Below, piece by piece: positions 1-5,683 of a stretch of 13,201 nucleotides of DNA. Position 1 is the stretch's first letter; each line of letters begins with the position of its first letter. The position numbers and the translations under genes are program-made. The stretch comes from Polyangiaceae bacterium (lineage in GTDB: Bacteria; Myxococcota_A; Polyangia; Polyangiales; Polyangiaceae). The notes under the pieces are model-generated. The model worked only from the letters and a program-made list of their open reading frames with translations. It ran no database searches and had not been told where the DNA came from. The stretch is from assembly GCA_035499695.1 (NCBI GenBank), contig DATJYG010000339.1, positions 1 to 13,201 on the forward strand, given 5' to 3'.

Positions 1-354
1 AGCAGATCCCGTCGGACCCGTCGCTCCCGTCGCCCCATTCGCGCCCGTCGCCCCCTGTGCTCCGGTCGCACCCTGCGGACCCGTCGCGCCCGCGGGACCT
101 GTCGCACCGGTCGCGCCGTCCGCGCCAGTTGCGCCCTGCGAACCGGTTGCGCCTTGGGATCCGGTCGCGCCGGCGGCTCCTGTCGGCCCTTGGGGTCCCG
201 TCGGTCCTTGGATTCCGGTCGCGCCGCCAGCGGGTCCTGTCGGGCCCTGCGCCCCGGTCGGCCCCTGCGCCCCTGTTGGCCCCGCGGGTCCCGTCGGTCC
301 TTGCGGTCCCGTCGCGCCCTCAGGTCCTGTCGCTCCCGTCGCCCCTCCGCCTCC
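1..354 (-). repeat. Gly-X-Y (collagen-like) triplet coding repeat, dominated by GAT/GPT/GPQ/GAQ units
   Basis: Direct translation of the reverse complement gives Gly at every third residue over about 118 codons. There is one register break ([10 protein letters not shown], encoded around 211-240). At DNA level this appears as a 9-nt periodic GGNSCNRCN pattern. Confidence 0.85.
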
Positions 355-1068
355 TGATGCGACGACGGAGTGCGTGACGGCGGTGAACGTGACCTCGATG
401 GTCCTCGGGCCGACATTCGTGACGGTGGCGAAGTAACGGGTCGCGACAGGCAACTCGAGATCGCGGAAGACGGAGGCAACGCCGTCGTCCTTACCCGACA
501 TGGGAACCGATCGGACCGCGGCCTGGACTGATCCCGCCCCGCAGTCAGCGTAGACCGTGATGACGACCGGCAGGAGATTGCCTTGGTCGATCGCTACGTC
601 CATGAGCTGCGCGTAGCCGTTGAAAACCGGCAGAGCGATCGTCACGCCCTCGGGTACTGCGGCGTTGATGCTTGCGTCCTGGCCAGGCGCCGCATCGAAC
701 TCGTCGACACCGGCGATGGTAACCGTGACGGGCTTCTTCGGAGTGCTCGAGGGCGCGATGTCGATGACTGTGACCGCATAGGCGGTGCCGCCCGCGTTCA
801 CGATCGACGTCTGTCCTTCACCGCCGAGCGTCTGCCACGCGATCAGCGACGGCACCTCCGAACCCATCACGTCGGCTTGAGCGACACGCGTGGGTACGCC
901 TCCGACGGTCGCATAGAGCGCGAACCGGAGCATGCCTCCGCTCGCCGAGCTTCCGCCGACGACGTAGACCGAAATCTTGTCGAGCGAGGCACCGGGCACG
1001 ATCGATGCGACGACCGTCTCGAAACTCGAGACGGGCAGCGCAGTTCCGGTGCTCGAGAGGACGCTCAC
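1..1068 (-). CDS. Collagen-like repeat structural protein, probable tail fibre; partial, C-terminus continues beyond the left edge
   Basis: The minus-strand frame is open from 1173 down to 1. It is absent from the ORF track because it has no stop inside the window. Codons 354..1 encode Gly-X-Y triplets ([27 protein letters not shown]...[12 protein letters not shown]). They follow a ~240 aa beta-rich non-repeat domain (...[18 protein letters not shown]...[17 protein letters not shown]). GC3 is high from ~1068 downward. Start taken as GTG 1068, which has GGGGAAG just upstream. Alternatives are GTG 1173, or ATG 1115 plus a frame change. Confidence 0.75.
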   Translation of the reverse strand, partial: MSVLSSTGTALPVSSFETVVASIVPGASLDKISVYVVGGSSASGGMLRFALYATVGGVPTRVAQADVMGSEVPSLIAWQTLGGEGQTSIVNAGGTAYAVTVIDIAPSSTPKKPVTVTIAGVDEFDAAPGQDASINAAVPEGVTIALPVFNGYAQLMDVAIDQGNLLPVVITVYADCGAGSVQAAVRSVPMSGKDDGVASVFRDLELPVATRYFATVTNVGPRTIEVTFTAVTHSVVASGGGGATGATGPEGATGPQGPTGPAGPTGAQGPTGAQGPTGPAGGATGIQGPTGPQGPTGAAGATGSQGATGSQGATGADGATGATGPAGATGPQGATGAQGATGANGATGATGPTGSA

Positions 1069-1264
1069 CGCTTCCCCGCGCAGCCCGCGATCTTCATCCG
1101 GCGAAACATCGACATGGCGGTGGCTTCCCTGTTGACCGAGACCGTAAAGAAGAACGTGAGCGCCGTCCGCCACCTAAACGGTCGCCGCTGACCCGAGAAA
1201 AGTTACCACAGTCGAACACCTAAGGCGGCCGCAAAGTGCCGCCCTTTCTCGCCAGGGATCATGG

Positions 1265-1270
1265 TAGAAG
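1265..1270 (+). promoter_or_regulatory. Possible -10 element (TAGAAG) 6 nt upstream of ATG 1277
   Basis: GGTAGAAG-ACCACC-ATG has the same geometry and the same GGTAGA core as the element upstream of ATG 3437. There is no Shine-Dalgarno sequence before 1277. The final base is not the expected T. Confidence 0.2.
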
Positions 1271-1276
1271 ACCACC

Positions 1277-1771
1277 ATGAAACCTTCTGGAAAACGGCTT
1301 CCGAGTCTGCTGCTCTGCGCGCTCTTGGGCGGCGTGCCCGCGACAGGCGCGCTCGGAGGCTGCGCGAGCGCTGCCGCGTGGTGGCAAGGAGTTCTCGCGA
1401 ACCCCGGGAACGTTACGTCCTTCATCCAATACGTCCTCACGTTCCTCCAAGGCGTGGCCGCCCTCTGGGGCGCGATCTTCCCGTTCATCCCTGCCGCTTC
1501 GCAGGCGAAGGCCCAGGCGGACTTCGACAGCGCCGTCTACTCCGTCGAACAAGCGCTCGCGGCGCTCGAGGACGCGGTTCGTGCTGCGGCCGCCGCGCAC
1601 CAGAGCAACCCCGACTTCTCCGCCATCATCTCGAACGTGCAGGCCGCCGTCGCTTCGCTCGTGAAGATCGCCGAGCAGTGGCAGGGCACGCAGCAAGCGA
1701 ACGCGGCGCCCGGTGCCCCCGGCATCCAGGACATCGTCCGGCAGGCCGGCGTCATCGCATCGTGGAAGTGA
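1277..1771 (+). CDS. Predicted lipoprotein (signal peptide with lipobox L-G-G-C), helical mature part
   Basis: N-terminus MKPSGKRLPSLLLCALLGGVPATGALGGCASAAAWW has a basic n-region, a hydrophobic core and a lipobox-like LGGC. GC3-rich codons throughout. The stop TGA (1769-1771) overlaps the next gene's GTG. Confidence 0.7.
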   Translation: MKPSGKRLPSLLLCALLGGVPATGALGGCASAAAWWQGVLANPGNVTSFIQYVLTFLQGVAALWGAIFPFIPAASQAKAQADFDSAVYSVEQALAALEDAVRAAAAAHQSNPDFSAIISNVQAAVASLVKIAEQWQGTQQANAAPGAPGIQDIVRQAGVIASWK

Positions 1772-2172
1772 CGGGCGTCGTGGGCGACGAAAAATCCGTG
1801 GACTCGCTCCGGCGCATGCATTCGCTCAAGGCGATGCTCGAGGCGCTCGTCGGGATCGATCGCGCTTTCCTCGAGCAGCACAGGAGGCGCACCGGCGAGC
1901 CTTATGCGCCCGTCCTCCAGGCCGCGCGCGCGATCGTCGTCCTCCACGAGGACGTGTGGCGCGACATCCCGAGCATCGTCCTTCGCGGCGAGACGAGCCT
2001 CTCGAATATCGCCTGCTGGCGGATCGCCGAACTCCGCGCGGCCGGCAAGGACGCCTCGCCGTGGATAGTCGGCGGTCCCGGCTCCGCCATCTCGATCAAG
2101 ATCCGGATCGACGACGAGGACGGAAGCGTCCGGATCGAAGATCCGGCAGATCTCCTCGAGCGCGCCGGCTAG
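1768..2172 (+). CDS. Hypothetical protein (~134 aa)
   Basis: This is the GC3-rich tail of track ORF 1261..2172. GTG 1768 overlaps the upstream stop (GTGA). Alternative starts are GTG 1780 and ATG 1816. No motif recognised. Confidence 0.55.
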   Translation: MTGVVGDEKSVDSLRRMHSLKAMLEALVGIDRAFLEQHRRRTGEPYAPVLQAARAIVVLHEDVWRDIPSIVLRGETSLSNIACWRIAELRAAGKDASPWIVGGPGSAISIKIRIDDEDGSVRIEDPADLLERAG

Positions 2173-2411
2173 AAGTTCTTGTCGTTGAAGCCCGGCCTGC
2201 GCGTGAACGAATAATCGCTGCCCGGCGGCAGAGCACCGACGCGGTGCTCGCCGCTCGCGGGCTCCGGGAGGAGGAGGCTCTTGGCGAGTCCGACGCCGCC
2301 GCCCGCGAGACCCCACCGGATGACGTCACCGCCGAGGAGCATGCCGAGACCCGCGCCGACGGCGGCGCCGAGCAGCGCCGACTTGAACGATTCTTCGTGG
2401 AAGAGCGTCAT
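2169..2411 (-). CDS. Small glycine-zipper membrane protein (80 aa)
   Basis: ATG 2411, very high GC3. The hydrophobic Gly-rich segment LLGAAVGAGLGMLLGG...WGLAGGGVGLA shows GxxxG-type spacing. Its stop shares the palindrome CTAG (2169-2172) with the convergent plus-strand gene. Confidence 0.65.
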   Translation of the reverse strand: MTLFHEESFKSALLGAAVGAGLGMLLGGDVIRWGLAGGGVGLAKSLLLPEPASGEHRVGALPPGSDYSFTRRPGFNDKNF

Positions 2412-2433
2412 GGCAGAGAGCCTACCACGCCGT

Positions 2434-2676
2434 TCACTCTTCTTTCTCGGGTTTCGGAAGCGTCACGGCCGGCATTCCGCGGGGCGCCGAAACGCGCTTC
2501 TGGATGCGCTTCGCGGAGGTGATGGCAGCTTCTTGCGCCTGCCGGAGCGCCTCGCGAGTCGCTGCGGGATTCACCGACCGCCGCGGCTCGGGAGCTTTCC
2601 CCTGGATGGATTCGTCGGCGGGCCGCCGCTCATGATCCCTTCGATCTGTCCCAGTGTCCGGTTCAGGTCTTGCCAT
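2434..2676 (-). CDS. Small basic hypothetical protein; start unresolved (ATG 2676 gives 80 aa, GTG 2574 gives 46 aa)
   Basis: The frame has good GC3 from about 2640 down to the stop at 2434. The first ~20 codons after ATG 2676 have poor GC3 and overlap the 3' end of 2571..2885 in another frame. GTG 2574 overlaps that gene's TGA (GTGA). Confidence 0.4.
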   Translation of the reverse strand: MARPEPDTGTDRRDHERRPADESIQGKAPEPRRSVNPAATREALRQAQEAAITSAKRIQKRVSAPRGMPAVTLPKPEKEE

Positions 2677-2885
2677 TGCTCTGCTCCCATTTTTCGATCC
2701 TCGTCGACTTCAGCGTCGAGCTTCAGGATCAGCTGCTTCGCCTCCTCGGCAATCTTTTTCGCTTCTGCGGCCTCATCCGCCATCTTCTGCAAACGGCGTG
2801 CGAACGTGAACGTTGCTCCGATCGCGCCTGCACCCGCCGAAAGCAGAGAGGCCCCGATCTCGATCGCTAGCTCCAGCGTCTGCAA
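2571..2885 (-). CDS. Membrane-anchored coiled-coil protein (N-terminal TM helix followed by a charged helical region)
   Basis: TTG start at 2885, preceded by AGGAGG with 6-nt spacing. N-terminus LELAIEIGASLLSAGAGAIGATFTF is followed by RRLQKMADEAAEAKKIAEEAKQLILKLDAEVDEDRK. Confidence 0.65.
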   Translation of the reverse strand: MQTLELAIEIGASLLSAGAGAIGATFTFARRLQKMADEAAEAKKIAEEAKQLILKLDAEVDEDRKMGAEQWQDLNRTLGQIEGIMSGGPPTNPSRGKLPSRGGR

Positions 2886-2930
2886 CCTCGTCCTCCTTTG
2901 CGTCCTCGTGCAAGAACTGCGATGCGGCGA

Positions 2931-3140
2931 TCATCTGCTCACTCGCGCGCTCAGCAGGGAAGACCGGGAGAGGCCGAGCAGGAACATCCCCGCCAGCGAC
3001 CCGAACACGATCACGGAGCCGACCGCCTTTTCCTCACGCCCACGCGGCGTATCGAAGGCGAGGTAGCCGTAGGCGCCGTAGCCGATCGTCCCGATCAAGA
3101 CGACGGAAGCCGCTGCGTCGAGCGTGTCTCGGAGTTCCAT
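2931..3140 (-). CDS. Two-TM small membrane protein (69 aa), holin-like topology
   Basis: Internal ATG 3140 of track ORF 2931..3434, preceded by GGGAAGA. MELRDTLDAAASVVLIGTIGYGAYGYLAF-DTPRGREEK-AVGSVIVFGSLAGMFLLGL-SRSSLLSARVSR gives two hydrophobic helices, a charged turn and a basic tail. The upstream part of the track ORF is Arg-rich with poor GC3. Confidence 0.55.
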   Translation of the reverse strand: MELRDTLDAAASVVLIGTIGYGAYGYLAFDTPRGREEKAVGSVIVFGSLAGMFLLGLSRSSLLSARVSR

Positions 3141-3172
3141 TCTTCCCAGGGTAGCGCAGCGAGCCGTGCGCG

Positions 3173-3373
3173 TCAGTCGCGCACTTGCTGAAAGTTCACG
3201 GGCGGCGAATAGCTCGTCGGCGCGTTCAGCGGCACGTCTTTGCCGGTCGAGAGTGCCGGAGCGATGTTCGGTTGGATGAAGGTGGGGACGCCGGCTTCGA
3301 GCGTGACGCCTTGCGGACCGTTGCCGGGTTCGTTGATCGGGATGGGTGGGAAGAAGGTGAACGGTCCGAACAT
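3173..3373 (-). CDS. Small Pro-rich hypothetical protein (66 aa)
   Basis: ATG 3373 is preceded by GAGGGAG with 3-4 nt spacing. GC3-rich. Product MFGPFTFFPPIPINEPGNGPQGVTLEAG... Confidence 0.5.
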   Translation of the reverse strand: MFGPFTFFPPIPINEPGNGPQGVTLEAGVPTFIQPNIAPALSTGKDVPLNAPTSYSPPVNFQQVRD

Positions 3374-3424
3374 GGCTCCCTCTCTGGCTTCTGAGAAGGA
3401 TAACACGCGAGCCTCGGGCCCTGG

Positions 3425-3430
3425 TAGAGT
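3425..3430 (+). promoter_or_regulatory. Possible -10 element TAGAGT positioned for a leaderless transcript starting at ATG 3437
   Basis: TAGAGT fits both TANNNT and TAGRRT. It lies exactly 6 nt before the ATG, and no Shine-Dalgarno sequence is present. No convincing -35. Confidence 0.35.
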
Positions 3431-3436
3431 TCACCC

Positions 3437-4126
3437 ATGGGCAGCATCGACTTCACGGACGAAGACGCAGTCCTCGAGGAAGTGGCGAAGGCCATCGATT
3501 ACCCCGTCGAAGATCTCTCCATCCAGTCCGCGCGGAACCTCGAGGGCTTCGGCGCCGGCGACGTCTACGAGATCACGACCCACGGCGGTCGCAAGGAGTG
3601 GTACGTCGTCGAGGACTCGGACGTCGAACGCGATCTCGCGATCGCCATCGTCACGCAGGATCTCGAGACGGAGCCCGAGATCTTCAACCAGAGCTTCCTC
3701 GAGTCGCACATCGACACGGACAGGCTCCGCCGCGATCTCATGAGCGACGTCCTCGACATGCGGATCGAGGATCTGACCGACGAGGCCGAGAGGCGCCCGG
3801 ATGACTTCTGGCGCGCGTACGAGGGCGAGGGCTTCGACGCCCCCGAAGAGGACGAAGAGGGCGAGCGTCGCGAGCCGACGTCTTCTGAGATCGAAGAGCT
3901 GGCCGAGAAACTCGCCGAAGAGCAGCTCAAGGACCCGATCGCGTGGCTCGAAGACATTTACGGGCGAGAAGATGCCATCAAGAAGGCAATCGAGATCGCG
4001 GGCATCGACATCGACGCCGCCGCCGAAGAGGCCGTCGACACCGATGGTCCGGGTCATTTTCTCTCGAGCTACGACGGCCAGACTCACGAGACGCCGGCGG
4101 GGCTCGTCTACTGGCGTCACAACTGA
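3437..4126 (+). CDS. Highly acidic protein (229 aa), function unknown
   Basis: Long GC3-rich ORF. A hand count gives 65 Asp+Glu against 20 Lys+Arg. The C-terminal motif GPGHFLSSYDGQTHETPAGLVYWRHN resembles a motif I associate with uncharacterised phage/plasmid proteins, but I cannot name the family. Confidence 0.75.
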   Translation: MGSIDFTDEDAVLEEVAKAIDYPVEDLSIQSARNLEGFGAGDVYEITTHGGRKEWYVVEDSDVERDLAIAIVTQDLETEPEIFNQSFLESHIDTDRLRRDLMSDVLDMRIEDLTDEAERRPDDFWRAYEGEGFDAPEEDEEGERREPTSSEIEELAEKLAEEQLKDPIAWLEDIYGREDAIKKAIEIAGIDIDAAAEEAVDTDGPGHFLSSYDGQTHETPAGLVYWRHN

Positions 4127-4136
4127 AATTCGGACG

Positions 4137-4595
4137 ATGCGCCGTCCGGCTCCGGATCTCACGCAGCGCGAATACGGGCTCTGGGGTAGCTCGCACGACT
4201 GGTCGTCGAAGATCGCTTCTGCGAGCGCCGGCCGCGGGGGCGGCTCCGTCGCAACGAAGATCGCGCGCGCCTTCTTGGCAGAGATCGCGTCGAGCGAGCC
4301 GACGTCTCGAACGCTGTTCCACGGGACCACGACGAGGCGCGGCGCCGAGCCGCGCCTCGGCGAATCCATTCACCTGCCGCTCATCGCCCTCTCCGACGAC
4401 GAGGACGTCGCCCGCGACTTCGCGAGGGGCGGAGGCAAGGAGATGATCCTCCGCTTCCAGCGCGGCACGCCCGCGATGCGCTACACCGACATCGAGTGGA
4501 TCACCGCGGGCGCGTTCCGCGTGGCGGGGGTCGAAGAGGAGCGCGATCCGTTCTGGGGGACGGCGCTCCTCGTCGTCACCCTCGAGGCTCGCTGA
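4137..4595 (+). CDS. Hypothetical protein with possible ADP-ribosyltransferase-like fold (152 aa)
   Basis: Internal ATG 4137 of track ORF 3801..4595, 10 nt after the previous stop; GC3 rises from here. Ordered motifs are TLFHGTT, then IALSDDEDVARDFA, then MRYTDIEWITAGAFRVAGV. This matches the [R/H]-G-[ST], S-containing strand, acidic-x-E plus hydrophobic strand layout of ART enzymes. Similarity was judged by eye only. Confidence 0.6.
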   Translation: MRRPAPDLTQREYGLWGSSHDWSSKIASASAGRGGGSVATKIARAFLAEIASSEPTSRTLFHGTTTRRGAEPRLGESIHLPLIALSDDEDVARDFARGGGKEMILRFQRGTPAMRYTDIEWITAGAFRVAGVEEERDPFWGTALLVVTLEAR

Positions 4596-5127
4596 CCGCT
4601 CGGGCTTTTGACCTCTCGATCGAGCAGAGGACGGTCGCGTGGTTCATGCGAAGCAGGCGCCCTGCCTCCGGGGAGCTGTAGGCGAAGCGCTTCACGAGGA
4701 ACGCGATGATGTCGTCGCGCGCGAGCGTCACGCACTTGCTCCGGCCGGGCCCGAGGGCCGCGCGGAGGAGCACCCCGCGGGCCTTCGCGATGCGTTCACA
4801 CTCGCCTTTCACCTCGAGCTGGTCGAGATCGCGGATGACGGCGGCGACGTCCTCGTCCGTGCGCTGGCGGCGCTCCGGTTTGTTGTTGTTTCTTGACGGT
4901 TTCTGACTGCGTTTGGATGTACTTGACGCACTTTGGGATTCAGGTACCTTCTTGTGTGGGCCGTTCATCGAAAGTTCGGTCTCCCGCTCCGCCGGTCCCT
5001 GCCAGGATTTCCGGCGGAGCTTTTTTGTTCTGTCGTCCTCCACGCCCGTGAAGACGCGGCGTTGGGCGACGTTGACAACGTGTGAATGGATTGTGCTCTC
5101 TTCGATCACTCCTTGTGCTCCGCGCAC
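4576..5127 (-). CDS. DnaA domain-IV-like helix-turn-helix DNA-binding protein; start uncertain (GTG 5127 or ATG 4968)
   Basis: The C-terminal ...GRSKCVTLARDDIIAFLVKRFAYSSPEAGRLLRMNHATVLCSIERSKA matches the DnaA C-terminal pattern (R...aR.iamyL...S..eiG..f...HsTVl.a). It is preceded by a basic K/R/N/S-rich low-complexity linker. It overlaps the convergent gene by 20 nt (4576-4595). Confidence 0.6.
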   Translation of the reverse strand: MRGAQGVIEESTIHSHVVNVAQRRVFTGVEDDRTKKLRRKSWQGPAERETELSMNGPHKKVPESQSASSTSKRSQKPSRNNNKPERRQRTDEDVAAVIRDLDQLEVKGECERIAKARGVLLRAALGPGRSKCVTLARDDIIAFLVKRFAYSSPEAGRLLRMNHATVLCSIERSKARAVSEPRG

Positions 5128-5333
5128 TGAAACCCGTTCGACCCGAACGTGTCAAGAAAACGGCGACGATTTTTCCGGGAAGGGTTGCGCGGCTCAGCGG
5201 GTTGGTTACCTTCGCAAGCACATGACGCTCTCTCGACTACAGTGACGTCGGCCGAACGCCGAGGGCCGGAGACGGCCCGAGCGACTCCAGCGGAAAAGAC
5301 CCGCTCGTCCACTACGTCATCGTCAGACGCGAT

Positions 5334-5609
5334 TTGAGCGTCGGCCTCCTCGCTGCCATGTGCGTCCACGCGGCGGGCGAGTCGAGCCCGGGCGATCTCC
5401 CCAAAGACACGCACGCCGTCGTGCTCGCCGTCGCCGGCGAGGACGCGCTCGCCGCCGTCGAGCGTTCGCTCGAGCGCGCGGGCGTGGCGCACGTCGCGAT
5501 CCGCGAGCCGGATGCGCCGTGGAACGGCGCGCTGATGGCCATCGGCGTCGAGCCGGGAAGAAAGGAGGCGCTGAGGCGGTGGCTCTCGTCGCTGCCCCTT
5601 TTGAAATGA
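5334..5609 (+). CDS. PTH2-family peptidyl-tRNA hydrolase-like protein; true start unresolved (frame open from 5226)
   Basis: ...HYVIVRRDLSVGLLAAMCVHAAGES...THAVVLAVAGEDALAAVERSLERAGVAHVAIREPDAPWNGALMAIGVEPGRKEALRRWLSSLPLLK follows the PTH2 pattern (vivvRtDL..gKlaAQc.HAA ... vvlkv.de.eL..l...a...gl....i.DaG.t....g..TvlaiGP....id.vtg.LkLl). The first canonical start in frame is TTG 5334, which lies after the conserved HYVIVRRDL strand. GC3 is high from 5226 onward. Confidence 0.6.
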   Translation: MSVGLLAAMCVHAAGESSPGDLPKDTHAVVLAVAGEDALAAVERSLERAGVAHVAIREPDAPWNGALMAIGVEPGRKEALRRWLSSLPLLK

Positions 5610-5613
5610 ACAC

Positions 5614-5682
5614 GGGGCGGTAGCTCAGTGAAGAGCGCCGGGAAACCGGAGGTCGACCGTTCGACTCGGTCCCGCCCCACCA
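5614..5682 (+). tRNA. tRNA-like RNA without an anticodon loop (anticodon arm replaced by a 4-bp stem and GAAA tetraloop); CCA encoded
   Basis: GGGGCGG-TA-GCTC-AGTGAA-GAGC-G-CCGG-GAAA-CCGG-AGGTC-GACCG-TTCGACT-CGGTC-CCGCCCC-A-CCA. The acceptor stem has 7/7 pairs, and the T arm and T loop are canonical. The D loop is only 6 nt and lacks the GG pair. The body is 66 nt before the CCA. Confidence 0.55.
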
Positions 5683-5683
5683 A

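Noticed and set aside
57-1191. Plus-strand track ORFs 57..377, 154..357 and 583..1191 (Arg/Pro/Ser-rich products)
   Set aside because: They are antisense shadows of the minus-strand collagen-like fibre gene. Their composition is typical of off-frame reading of GC-rich DNA, while the minus frame gives clean Gly-X-Y repeats and a sensible globular domain.
1224-1243. Hairpin GGCGGC-CGCAAAGT-GCCGCC followed by CTTTCTC, as a rho-independent terminator
   Set aside because: It lies between divergently transcribed genes, so there is no upstream transcript to terminate, and the T tract is poor. It may be a 5' UTR or operator structure, but there is no supporting evidence.
1537-2316. 259-aa minus-strand ORF, and the 1259..1696 and 1713..2522 ORFs
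   Set aside because: These Arg-rich shadow frames overlap the better-supported lipoprotein (1277..1771), 1768..2172 and 2169..2411 genes.
2434-2676. Embedded o-spanin (Rz1-like) inside the coiled-coil membrane protein gene
   Set aside because: The overlapping product contains no cysteine and no signal peptide or lipobox.
3431-4369. 312-aa minus-strand ORF and other frames across 3240-4446
   Set aside because: They are antisense or off-frame to the acidic protein and ART-like genes. They have no Shine-Dalgarno sequence and give Arg/Ser-rich low-complexity products.
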